Part shown: one piece after another, positions 1 to 9,060 of the stretch
How the letters are laid out: each line of letters starts with the position of its first letter
How positions within the stretch are numbered: position 1 is the stretch's first letter
Made by a program: the position numbers and the translations under genes
IMG/VR virus record: IMGVR_UViG_3300030095_001128
Coordinates: 1-43,746 of that record
DNA length: 43,746 nt
Source: a virus
Taxonomy: Duplodnaviria; Caudoviricetes
Reading direction: 5' to 3' (one strand)
The notes under the pieces: model-generated
Database searches by the model: none
Told to the model about the DNA's origin: nothing
Seen by the model: only the letters and a program-made list of their open reading frames with translations

Positions 1-472
1 AATTATCTTCAAGCTCTGTTGAGAAAACGTCAGGAGAACCAGAACCTTCCTCGAAGGAAGTACCGATTATCTGAGCCGCATCATTATCAGAAAGAACATT
101 GTATCCAGTTACACCTGAATTGGATACGTCAATAATCTTACCTGTAAACGAAGTTTCGCTACTACCATGTGTTACTGCTGAATCAACACGAACAACCACT
201 TGTCCAATTCCAAGATCACCTGTACGGGATGCGGTTTGAACAGCGATAACCATCCCCTTTAAAAGATAGTCAACAGAAGCTCCACCAGCAGTATCAGCAG
301 TAAACGCATAAGACGTTCCTGCGGAAACAGCAGAACCACCATTAACATCTCCTTTCAAAAGAAGAGAACGGTCAGTAAAGTTGATTTTATTACGATTTTC
401 CAAGTAACGAAATACTGGATCATCGGTAGGTGCTTTGGCTACTTGAGAAAGATACACGAAGAATGGAGATTC
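1..472. repeat. Imperfect terminal overlap, copy 1 (matches 43284-43746)
   Basis: 1-77 is identical to 43284-43360 and 393-472 is identical to 43667-43746. The interior is diverged and has a 9-bp indel. Confidence 0.95.
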
Positions 473-610
473 TTCAGGGGCTAATTCTGCTACCCTGTCT
501 CCAAAGTTAAATATCCGTCTCCTATCAGGAGCCTGACCTACACCAGCAGAGGAAGTAGAAGCTGTGATATCACTGGACTTTAAAGTGCCAGTATTGTATG
601 ATATTGCCAT
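1..610 (-). CDS. Major capsid protein, N-terminal part (allele A), continues across the window junction
   Basis: ATG at 610 behind GAGG. My translation MAISYNTGTLKSSDIT...PDRRRIFNFGDRVAELAPEESPFFVYLSQVAKAPTDDPVFRYLE...STELEDN overlaps the ORF at 42511-43731. It lies downstream of portal and scaffold. Confidence 0.92.
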   Translation of the reverse strand, partial: MAISYNTGTLKSSDITASTSSAGVGQAPDRRRIFNFGDRVAELAPEESPFFVYLSQVAKAPTDDPVFRYLENRNKINFTDRSLLLKGDVNGGSAVSAGTSYAFTADTAGGASVDYLLKGMVIAVQTASRTGDLGIGQVVVRVDSAVTHGSSETSFTGKIIDVSNSGVTGYNVLSDNDAAQIIGTSFEEGSGSPDVFSTELEDN

Positions 611-645
611 TTTATTACCTCTTGGTTTGTGGTTTGTTTGTTATG

Positions 646-1428
646 TCACGGTAATCGCAAAGAGCCACTATTGCCCATGACGGCATCAAAAATCTTATCA
701 GAATCATTTTTTTGTGATGTCTGAGGTTGACCTTGAAGAACGCCAGCAGTTCTAGGAGCTTGTTTTGCCGCATTTACCGCTTCCATTGTATCGTTGTTAG
801 CAACGGATTGGCCGTTTTGCATCTGCCAGAGCTTTACTAGATTGTTCAAACCTACTTGCTCTTTTGGTTTTGTAGTGAATTGCAAGAACTCTTGAATGTC
901 ACCATCGGACATTTTATATGTTCCCCTCAATTCATTTACAGTATTTTGCATTTGCATTTCAGCTTGCATCTGTTGCTGTTGTTGAGCTATCTTAGAATTA
1001 ACTCTCTGGTCAATCATATTATTCATTTCCGATGCAAAATAATCACCAGTTTTAGTACCTTTTTCAGTTAGCTCCCAAGGATTAAAATCATCCTTCCCGA
1101 CACTAGGTTCGTTTTGCTGTTGAGTTTGTGGTTGAGCTATACCGCTTTCAAGTGCCTGTACTAAGTCAGGTCTCTGCTCCAATAACTGAAGTATTTGTGC
1201 TCCTTGTTGTAATCTTGCATTCTCAGCCTGTGACCGATCATACATAGATTGGAACTTCTTAGCTTCAGCTTCATAATCCATTGAAGTAGCTGGTTCTTGT
1301 ACTGGTTCTTGAATTTGCTCTGGGCTCTCAGGCCCAGCTTGCTGATTTACGATATCTTCCACGAAATTCTCATTAGTTACGACTTGATCGTTTTGGACAT
1401 TTACTTCCTGTTGTTCTGTTGTAGACAT
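646..1428 (-). CDS. Capsid scaffolding protein (putative)
   Basis: Acidic, Q/E-rich, coiled-coil-like 260 aa protein between portal and capsid genes. Confidence 0.75.
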   Translation of the reverse strand: MSTTEQQEVNVQNDQVVTNENFVEDIVNQQAGPESPEQIQEPVQEPATSMDYEAEAKKFQSMYDRSQAENARLQQGAQILQLLEQRPDLVQALESGIAQPQTQQQNEPSVGKDDFNPWELTEKGTKTGDYFASEMNNMIDQRVNSKIAQQQQQMQAEMQMQNTVNELRGTYKMSDGDIQEFLQFTTKPKEQVGLNNLVKLWQMQNGQSVANNDTMEAVNAAKQAPRTAGVLQGQPQTSQKNDSDKIFDAVMGNSGSLRLP

Positions 1429-1447
1429 AGTCTCTCCTTAGATGTCT

Positions 1448-3478
1448 CTAGGCTTCAGGAGTAGAACTGACTTTTCTCTGAACATCTTTCAGATTACTAG
1501 CCAATTTCTCCACCTCTAGCTTCACCTCGTTTTCTAGTTTACTACGTTGCACTCTTCTGTCCGCTTTAGATTCTGAAGAAACCTCAGATAGCCTAGATTT
1601 AAACTTTTCAACCTCGACTCTTTTTCTATCGCTAACAGACTCTCGTTGTGCGGTTTGCAAGTCACCCTGCAAATTCTTTATCTGATCCTGCATTGCTTGA
1701 ACTTGTTGCTGTAACAACTGCTTCTCTTCTGTTCTACGCATAATACCTTCCTTATCAAACAACTCAGGATTCTTCTTTAATACTTCATACCTGTCTACAA
1801 TTCCCATTTGGAAAGCTTCTAAGTACACTGCAAGTTCTGCATATTTACTAGAAGGCATTGTAGAACCCGGTTCAATTCTTATGTCATGCTGATCTAACGC
1901 ATGTTTTTCTTTTTTTAAATCTAACACAGCTCCGGAAACATCTGTATAAAAATTTGCCATAACTTCAGTTATATTGTTATTTGGCTGTGCCAAACGAAAA
2001 ATCTTTTTGTAGGTATAGTGACCTTTAGACAGATTGTACAAAACCTTACCTAACTTGTTAATACTAAACTCTATATCTCTAAGTTTAGACTTCGGTCTTT
2101 CACTTCCCAGTGCAATCATTCTTTCTGTGGCTCTCATTGTCTCTGGAGCCTTTTCTGCAAAGCCATGCATCATTTCTGGAAGACCAAATATAAAATCTAT
2201 ATAAAACTCTGACTGCTGTATTAACCTATAGAACTCTCCAGCTAAAGGCTGAGGAGCTGGGTAGTGCGGTTCACCTTGAGAAGAGTCTACTTCAATCACC
2301 GCATTTGGGTTTGCCCAATCTTTTTCCAACTGATTCACATCCTCCACACTACCCAAAGGTACTAACAACTTTAAACCCGCTGATGCCTGTGCATGAGACA
2401 ATGCTAATGACCATAACTTATTAAGCAGTCTTTGCATAGGTCTTGCTCTCGATACATCTGACTTGGGATAAGGAGTGCCTGTCCAGATATTTGGAAGGGG
2501 TATAATAGGATACTCATCGGTATTTAATATCTGTTCATATAGCACAACCTCACCCATCGATGCACATACCTTTACACGAGTTTGTAAAACTTCTATTGCT
2601 GTAAAAGCTCCAATATCAAACGCCTCTGAATTTTCTGATACAAACTGAGCATACTCTTCTTGAGAAAGAATACTTTCTTCTTGGCTTTTCATATCTATAA
2701 TACGATAATAAGGAACTTTTATTTTATAAAATCTTTCTAGTACTTGATATTTCTTTACTTGATAATAATCTTTATCTTTTACTTCTGCTGGAGTAAACAC
2801 ACTCATAGAATTTTTATTTTGAGAAGAGGGATAGTCTTCTTCATCGTATGTAAATCCAGATATGTCTTTAATTAAACCGGGTATCTCTTCTCCTGTAACT
2901 GGGTCAACTTTATCTCCCAATTCTGGGTAGAGGTTAACGGCTTGCTCACCTGTAAGGATGGTGGAAAGGATGATACCATCTGAATCGCTAAACCAACGAT
3001 CACGAGAGCTAGGAGAAGCATAAACTCTGAACGGGTCAACATAAGTGAACTTAACGTCACCTCTACCAAAATCTGATTCTCTATCAATATAAGCATACAA
3101 GTATCCCATGCCTGTAGTAGCATAGTCTTGTATCGCTTGTTTCATTTGCCAATCCCCATCAGACTTTTGCCATACATAACCCATCACCGTTCTCCACAAT
3201 GTAGCAACTTGCACATCGGAATCTTCTCTAGGGGTTATTGTAAATGCAGGAGGCCTTGATGTAAGTACTGCTTTAAATTTTTCTATTGCGGCAGATACAC
3301 GATCCATAGGTATATCTGCTTGATTTCTAGATGCTAAGTCGTCAGATTCTTCCTGACTAAAATGATTACCAAGATAGAAATCAATGTCCTTACGAGCCTC
3401 CGTGTCCCAGTCAGATCGTGAGTCACGCCATTGCCTATATAAATCATCATTTTGTAATGCTCTTGGGTCTTGTTCCAT
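1448..3478 (-). CDS. Portal protein (P22-like, with C-terminal coiled-coil barrel)
   Basis: 676 aa with DIDFYLGNHF, TTGMGY and YPIIP...SRARPMQRLLNK motifs and a long C-terminal coiled coil. It sits between TerL and scaffold. Confidence 0.9.
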   Translation of the reverse strand: MEQDPRALQNDDLYRQWRDSRSDWDTEARKDIDFYLGNHFSQEESDDLASRNQADIPMDRVSAAIEKFKAVLTSRPPAFTITPREDSDVQVATLWRTVMGYVWQKSDGDWQMKQAIQDYATTGMGYLYAYIDRESDFGRGDVKFTYVDPFRVYASPSSRDRWFSDSDGIILSTILTGEQAVNLYPELGDKVDPVTGEEIPGLIKDISGFTYDEEDYPSSQNKNSMSVFTPAEVKDKDYYQVKKYQVLERFYKIKVPYYRIIDMKSQEESILSQEEYAQFVSENSEAFDIGAFTAIEVLQTRVKVCASMGEVVLYEQILNTDEYPIIPLPNIWTGTPYPKSDVSRARPMQRLLNKLWSLALSHAQASAGLKLLVPLGSVEDVNQLEKDWANPNAVIEVDSSQGEPHYPAPQPLAGEFYRLIQQSEFYIDFIFGLPEMMHGFAEKAPETMRATERMIALGSERPKSKLRDIEFSINKLGKVLYNLSKGHYTYKKIFRLAQPNNNITEVMANFYTDVSGAVLDLKKEKHALDQHDIRIEPGSTMPSSKYAELAVYLEAFQMGIVDRYEVLKKNPELFDKEGIMRRTEEKQLLQQQVQAMQDQIKNLQGDLQTAQRESVSDRKRVEVEKFKSRLSEVSSESKADRRVQRSKLENEVKLEVEKLASNLKDVQRKVSSTPEA

Positions 3479-3484
3479 GTAAAC

Positions 3485-4645
3485 CTATTTAGGCACTCTT
3501 TGCATTTGTTGCATATTTAAAAACTCCATTAAATCTCTTACCCTCATGGAGTCTGCCCTAGTAGGAGGCATTGGGTTCATTGGCATATAGTCTACAGACT
3601 CTCCTGCACCAGCTTGCTTTAAGCTATCTATCAAAGCCATTAGCTTCAAACTATTTCTTGCCTTGTTAACCGTATCCTGTTCTATACTATCCTGCAACAT
3701 CATAGCTTGATCTCTCATAGCACCTAGTGTACTACCTTCATACATAGAAGGGTCTGCTTGTCTAGCACCAATCTGTAGCGGATCCATAGGTTGAGGTGGT
3801 AATGGAATACCCTCTTCTACAGGGCCACCATCTTCATATCCCATCATTTTCTTCTTTTTAGCCATTCCACCACCCATCATACCCATAAGTGAATTAGGAG
3901 TTGAATCAGGGGCTTTTATACTTTTTGGGATCATATTGTTATTTTTTAAAGTATCTTTTTTATTTAACCCATAATACTCAGGATTATTTAAAGCATCAAT
4001 AATTGTTTCAAGCATATATTTCTTAGACGTTTCCGGAGCAAAATTTGTATTAGTTGTAAATTTATCAAACATTTTGCTTTGTTCAGGGTTCATAACTACT
4101 ATAGAACTATCTGCTGGATCAATATAAGCCATGCCACCTTCCTGCATGTAACCCATTTTATTTCTAACATCTTCAGGGAGTTTAGCAAGTCCGGGTTTAT
4201 TATCAGGAACTGGTTTTAAATTAGACATAGCCTGTCCACCATCTTCGTATTTATTTACCATACCACCATGTCCATATTGCTGTACCATTCCTCCACCAAC
4301 CATAGGTTTCATAGAAGGATTAACCATACCGCCACCATACATAGGCTTTATACTTTTCAATAGATTCATTGCTATTTCATTGTCAATAGCATCGTGAGCA
4401 CCACCCTTTGATTTGTTGTTCATGTATTCCAATTTCTCAACTCCTATTGCTTCAACCGCATCTGGTGGAAAATAAATCTCACCATTTGTTAGTATTACGT
4501 TCTGGCTATTTGCCATATCTTTTTTGTCCGCACTATATTTTCTTGCTAGTGGCTCTAGTTGCGGATACATCCTAGAGCTTTGATAATTCATTATAAAAGA
4601 ACCTGTTGGTATTTCTGCTTTTCTAGTGTCTGTAGTACCGGGCAT
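3485..4645 (-). CDS. Met/Gly-rich putative virion cargo protein with repeated (Y/M)xxGG motifs
   Basis: N-terminal PGTTDT...GSFIMN and LTNGEIYFPPDAVEAIG...LEYMN segments, then seven xxGG motifs. Confidence 0.55.
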   Translation of the reverse strand: MPGTTDTRKAEIPTGSFIMNYQSSRMYPQLEPLARKYSADKKDMANSQNVILTNGEIYFPPDAVEAIGVEKLEYMNNKSKGGAHDAIDNEIAMNLLKSIKPMYGGGMVNPSMKPMVGGGMVQQYGHGGMVNKYEDGGQAMSNLKPVPDNKPGLAKLPEDVRNKMGYMQEGGMAYIDPADSSIVVMNPEQSKMFDKFTTNTNFAPETSKKYMLETIIDALNNPEYYGLNKKDTLKNNNMIPKSIKAPDSTPNSLMGMMGGGMAKKKKMMGYEDGGPVEEGIPLPPQPMDPLQIGARQADPSMYEGSTLGAMRDQAMMLQDSIEQDTVNKARNSLKLMALIDSLKQAGAGESVDYMPMNPMPPTRADSMRVRDLMEFLNMQQMQRVPK

Positions 4646-5052
4646 TATTCTTTTATCTCAAAATGTGGAAAGTCATCAAAGCGATTGTCTTTTACTTCCC
4701 ATCTACCTTTTTCTTCATACATATCCCAGTTACCGCCCCATCTTATCTTATAGCCCATGCCCCGACCAATGCCAATAACGAACCCAGCAAAGAGGGTTTG
4801 TCGTTCCCGGTCTTCCCAATCCACAGGATAAGGGGTAACGTCAACGGCTTTAGAAGGGCTAGAATTATGCCTACCATTAGGATACCTAACCTTAGTACGT
4901 TTTTCATCATATAGTTTATTTTGCCTCTCCTTGCTTCTGTGACCTTCCAGTATAGAGCAGTCTACGTGCTTAATCACTTCATTAAACACTTCTTGCAACC
5001 TTTCGTCACAGGTTGATAATCTTTTCTTTGATCTTGTTGAGTACCTTGGCAT
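4645..5052 (-). CDS. Endolysin, peptidase M15 family (L-Ala-D-Glu peptidase-like)
   Basis: ILEGHRSKERQ, GRHN...AVD, IRWGGNW and DFPHFE are typical M15C zinc-ligand motifs. Confidence 0.9.
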   Translation of the reverse strand: MPRYSTRSKKRLSTCDERLQEVFNEVIKHVDCSILEGHRSKERQNKLYDEKRTKVRYPNGRHNSSPSKAVDVTPYPVDWEDRERQTLFAGFVIGIGRGMGYKIRWGGNWDMYEEKGRWEVKDNRFDDFPHFEIKE

Positions 5053-5104
5053 GTGTGTATTTAGCTATCTTATGTTAACAATAAAGAGACTAATAGTGCA
5101 ACAT

Positions 5105-6694
5105 TTAAAATCTTGAACCCGTCATCCAGTTGTACGCTTTGCTTTGTATTTTTCGTATGGGATGATCGTCAACGTTGTCAATAGAGTCCAGTTTAGCCCT
5201 ACCGCTCTTGGGTGCTCTTGCAAAGTAGTCTGCATAGTATAAAGCATCCATAACATCATCGTTTCTAGGTTTGGGATGTTCAAAGAACTCATCTACTAGC
5301 TCTGTCATCTCCCTTTGAATATATAGTTTCTTAGAATTGACAATAGGGCCAAGACTGGTTTCCAGCCTATCTTGTTTTTTGATTCTATTCGGAGGCTTAA
5401 CTCCCTTAAATATACCCGGAAGAAGTCTTTTCTCTGTTGCGGAAAGCCGTGTAACCATATCCCGAACCATCTCCTGTGCCGCAACTGTCTCAATCGTAAC
5501 TCTGCGTACTGGAGTATACTTGTTTGCAAGTCGTATAATCTCTTTCGGAACATCGAATGTTGGTATACGCTCACGAAAATACTCCAATACATACCGATTA
5601 TTGCTGGAATCAATGCCCATGACCAGTATGACTTGATAGTCAGAAGTCTCTGAAGCTGTTGCCGCAAGGTCAACACCCATGTAGATATGAATTGGTATCG
5701 CATCTTCACCGTCTACAAGGTAGTTAAATTTATTTTTACATTCAACTCTTCCGTTGTAATACTGTATTCTGTCAATTTTAAACGATGCACTGGTTACATC
5801 TCTAGCATCATTCATGTACTCTTGAGCAAACTTATTGACCAGACCAGCCTCAATAAACTCTCGTTTTTTAGATTCTAGTTTCTTTTTAGAAAACTGAGAC
5901 TCCCATAAGGGTCTATCGTTTTCAATAGCCCTGTAAAAGTTTACATCCCAAGGGTATGCTCTTTTGTCTTCTTGTGCTTTCTTCCAACCGTCATACGTCA
6001 TTTGCAAGTAAGAGTCATAGTGTACAATAGTCCCAGAAAGCCATATCCACCCCTCATTCCCCGGAGTTTCTTCTAAGGCAGGGTACACTGTGGATACAAT
6101 CCATTTCTTGATATCTGCACGCCTTTCTGGCGTTTTTGTGTTAAGTTCTGATTCAAAGTCGTCAAGTACAATACCCGTATATCGTACATCTACTTCTGCT
6201 CTACCTCTAAGTCTTTGTGATGTACCTTTGGATATTACCCTATCTCCTTTGGGAGTTACTAAATCTTTTTCCGTCCAGCGTTTCCCTACACTACCACCAT
6301 CCATATTACCAAAGTAGTATCGTATCATCTTGTTGTTTTCAAAGTGAGAGCGGATATATTTTAAATGATCTATAGCCTGTGACTGTTCTTCTGATACCCA
6401 AGCAATAAAATGTTGCTGGTCATCAGCCGCAAAGCATAGTTTGTGTATGATAGCGGCTTTCGCCACTACAGACTTACCATGACCTCGTGGTATGATATTG
6501 CATATTCTAGCTCCCGGTGTAGCATCTATCATCTTCTTTCCCATTTCGTAGTGAAAGGGTGCTGATTCTGATTTTTTTAAGAAGTCATTGGGAAGAAAGG
6601 CCCTGCCAAAGTAAATAAGGTTGCTATATGCTTTTGCTAGTACCTCATCTCTTTTATCCATCTCTGATGGAGGTGGGGTGATGTTAAAACTCAC
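5105..6694 (-). CDS. terL: Terminase large subunit
   Basis: Walker A IIPRGHGKS, Walker B GIVLDDFES, nuclease GVDLA and C-terminal DDVMDAL. Confidence 0.95.
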   Translation of the reverse strand: MSFNITPPPSEMDKRDEVLAKAYSNLIYFGRAFLPNDFLKKSESAPFHYEMGKKMIDATPGARICNIIPRGHGKSVVAKAAIIHKLCFAADDQQHFIAWVSEEQSQAIDHLKYIRSHFENNKMIRYYFGNMDGGSVGKRWTEKDLVTPKGDRVISKGTSQRLRGRAEVDVRYTGIVLDDFESELNTKTPERRADIKKWIVSTVYPALEETPGNEGWIWLSGTIVHYDSYLQMTYDGWKKAQEDKRAYPWDVNFYRAIENDRPLWESQFSKKKLESKKREFIEAGLVNKFAQEYMNDARDVTSASFKIDRIQYYNGRVECKNKFNYLVDGEDAIPIHIYMGVDLAATASETSDYQVILVMGIDSSNNRYVLEYFRERIPTFDVPKEIIRLANKYTPVRRVTIETVAAQEMVRDMVTRLSATEKRLLPGIFKGVKPPNRIKKQDRLETSLGPIVNSKKLYIQREMTELVDEFFEHPKPRNDDVMDALYYADYFARAPKSGRAKLDSIDNVDDHPIRKIQSKAYNWMTGSRF

Positions 6695-7413
6695 TTTAAA
6701 ATATTTTCTATTGAATTGTATGGACGAACTCTACGTAAATATGCTTCCCTAGATACACCTTTTAGCTGAGGTTGCCATAGTGCTTCTGCTTCTTTAAAAA
6801 CCTTTTCCCTGTTTCCAAGATAATCACTTAGTGATTGTATCATGTTTTGTTCGTACCTGTTAAAATCGCTTTGCGTAAAACCTTTTTGCTCTCTGTGAAA
6901 CAACAGCTTATTAGGACTGCTTACTGTACGAATACCATGTAAGGGTTCATGGAGTAGTGTTTCCGTTGGGTAATCACCTATTAGGCCATTTTTTTTATAT
7001 CTAATATCTGTAGGCTCAAAAATTCTAATTGTGTCTGGAGCATACAGGGGATTTTTTGCAGGGTAGTACTGTCCTCTAATATTTGATTTAGGTTCTGATC
7101 TGTATGCTATGATACCCTTAGGGGCATCCCCTAATCTCATTCTATTTATAACCTCTTGAGTTAGGTCTGATAGCTTTTCTTGGCCTTCTTGAGTTATGTC
7201 ACTTTTTAATTCTGATATAGCTTTTGACATATTTGCTTTAGACATGAAATTAGCATACTTAACCATATCTATTGGAAAGTCTTGCCTATCTCCATAGTAA
7301 CTAACTCCTCCAAATTGTTTTTTGTCTAATTCAGCTTGCAATATTAGATTGTCTATGTTATTGTGCACATTGGTTGATGCGGGCTGTGCCATTTGTAATA
7401 AGTTGTTAGCCAT
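6691..7413 (-). CDS. Hypothetical protein with zincin HExxH motif (putative metallopeptidase)
   Basis: RGQYYP...ETLLHEPLHG. I moved the start to MANNLL (7413) to avoid a long overlap with TerS. Confidence 0.55.
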   Translation of the reverse strand: MANNLLQMAQPASTNVHNNIDNLILQAELDKKQFGGVSYYGDRQDFPIDMVKYANFMSKANMSKAISELKSDITQEGQEKLSDLTQEVINRMRLGDAPKGIIAYRSEPKSNIRGQYYPAKNPLYAPDTIRIFEPTDIRYKKNGLIGDYPTETLLHEPLHGIRTVSSPNKLLFHREQKGFTQSDFNRYEQNMIQSLSDYLGNREKVFKEAEALWQPQLKGVSREAYLRRVRPYNSIENILK

Positions 7414-8164
7414 CAGATAATTGTTTCTTTGTCTCTGGTAATATACCTTGTTCAAATGCTTTGAGCTTATCTCTGCTAAATCCAGAGAACTCTTGTATTA
7501 GTGCTACAGAGTCTACTTTCTTTTCTGTAGATAACAAACCAGATATTTTCATCAGTGTTTCCAAGGCTCTAAGCTTATCATTGTCTTTTGCATCTGATTT
7601 GTCTACAACATCTTTGGTGCTTTCTAGTAAGTATCTTTTTGTGATACCTACCTCTGACATTAAGTTTTCTATTTCTTTATCCACTGCTTGCCTCACTGTT
7701 TTGTTTTTAAGTAGTAGTGTTGATTTTTTTTCTGCATACTCCAAGCTGTTTGTAGTTGGAAATGCTTTTTGATATGCTTTTATGGGTTCCATGCCATGTG
7801 CAACATACTTTGCAAAGTTTTTCTTAGCGAATGTTAAATAGCATTGAGTCGCTACATCATATCCAGATCGTTTTGTAAACCTGTACATTTCATCTTTAAC
7901 TGAACCACTAAAAGGAAGTTTACTTTTTAAACTAAACATTCCTATAATCGTTCTTGTGTATGGAGTTTTTTTCTTTTTCTTGTAAGCAAAAGAACCTTTT
8001 TTAAGTATCTGCACTATCTTACCATCATCTGCAAGACACCAGTCCCCTTCCTCTGCTTTTTTCCAATTTGTAATTAGAGGTGTGTTAGGATGTGCAGTAC
8101 GAAACTCTAGTTCTGATTCGTAAGCGTAATGCTTCGTTCCCTTAATTGTGCGGCTTAGTGCCAA
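7406..8164 (-). CDS. terS: Terminase small subunit (putative, with N-terminal extension)
   Basis: FAKYVAHG...AYQKAF...LLKNKTVRQAV HTH-like core and the KLRALETLMKISGL oligomerisation motif. It lies upstream of TerL. TTG start behind GAGG. Confidence 0.7.
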   Translation of the reverse strand: MALSRTIKGTKHYAYESELEFRTAHPNTPLITNWKKAEEGDWCLADDGKIVQILKKGSFAYKKKKKTPYTRTIIGMFSLKSKLPFSGSVKDEMYRFTKRSGYDVATQCYLTFAKKNFAKYVAHGMEPIKAYQKAFPTTNSLEYAEKKSTLLLKNKTVRQAVDKEIENLMSEVGITKRYLLESTKDVVDKSDAKDNDKLRALETLMKISGLLSTEKKVDSVALIQEFSGFSRDKLKAFEQGILPETKKQLSDG

Positions 8165-8401
8165 CTAATTAGGTTCCTCATCGGTAAACATATTGACATC
8201 TAGTATTTGTAACTCCGGCATGTTCTTCATGCGATATAACAACTCAGATATCAAACCAATCTGTCTAGAGTTTGGGTCTATAACATCCATTAGCTTTAGC
8301 TCTGCGGATATCTCACGGCAACGCTCTAAATTTTCATACACGTTACCAATGTCAAAGTCACCAGATAAAGCTTTTTGATATAATGTTTTGTATTCTGACA
8401 T
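8165..8401 (-). CDS. Hypothetical protein, first gene of the leftward arm
   Basis: 78 aa ORF abutting TerS. Confidence 0.65.
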   Translation of the reverse strand: MSEYKTLYQKALSGDFDIGNVYENLERCREISAELKLMDVIDPNSRQIGLISELLYRMKNMPELQILDVNMFTDEEPN

Positions 8402-8484
8402 GATTTAATTTAATAAAAACTTGACAACTATGTTTGATATAATATATATTTAATTATCCTAGTTTAGTTTGCGGTTGGTTATTT

Positions 8485-8650
8485 ATAATAGTACTATAGT
8501 ATATATAGTATAATAGTATATATAGTATATAGTATATATAATATATATATAATATATATATAGTAATATAGTATATATAGTAATATATAGTAATTATAGT
8601 AAGTAGTAAATAGTAATATAGTATATATAGTATCCGCTTCGTAATTATAG
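8485..8650. repeat. Low-complexity (TA)nG repeat tract
   Basis: Repeated TAGTATATATAG and TAGTAATATAG units. No C on the + strand from 8495 to 8633. Confidence 0.9.
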
Positions 8651-8848
8651 TACCCGCCCCAGTAATTCATCCAAAAAACTCTTAGAAAATTTTAAAAAAT
8701 TATATTAGCATGTGTGTCTTTCTTTTATTGCACACGGGCCACCCCGCAATCCGTTTTCAGGTTAGAATTGTTGTATTGAAAAAAGCAAATTGACTTAAGC
8801 CAGTTATATTATACGTCGCAAATTATTTTAAAAAACTTTAAATATTAT

Positions 8849-8878
8849 GGAACTTTTTTGATTCGTGGAACGTATAAT
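8849..8878 (+). promoter_or_regulatory. ECF-sigma-type promoter P1
   Basis: GGAAC-N18-GTATAAT upstream of the DUF932 leader. Confidence 0.65.
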
Positions 8879-8879
8879 A

Positions 8880-9014
8880 GTCAAAGACATTGACATTTGA
8901 TGTCTTATGTTTTTTGACAATTATACGAATTGATTGCTGACCGTGAACTATCTGGTTAATGCGTGAGATACCAGAGTCAGTAGTCGCTACATAATGAACA
9001 ATGTACTATGTAGT
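8880..9014 (+). ncRNA. Candidate structured 5' leader or small RNA
   Basis: Stems AAGACAT/ATGTCTT, GATTGCTGAC/GTCAGTAGTC (inner TCTGGT/ACCAGA) and CTACATA/TATGTAG start right after P1. Confidence 0.4.
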
Positions 9015-9060
9015 AACCTATTAAATTAATTATTAATCTAAAATAAAATGGAGTATTAAA

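Noticed and set aside
1-472. Diversity-generating retroelement TR/VR pair
   Set aside because: The differences are not adenine-specific, include an indel and many synonymous changes, and no reverse transcriptase is present.
8421-8812. Sigma70 promoters TTGACA...TATAAT (8421) and TTGACT...TATTAT (8790)
   Set aside because: The spacer is 11 nt in both. An 18-nt alternative at 8421 lies in very AT-rich sequence where chance matches are expected.
8935-8975. TPP riboswitch resemblance (GCTGA...GAAC..ATCTGGTTAATGC)
   Set aside because: The conserved UGAGA and CCAGCGUAGG elements are missing or out of order, the local pairing differs, and the downstream gene is unrelated to thiamine.
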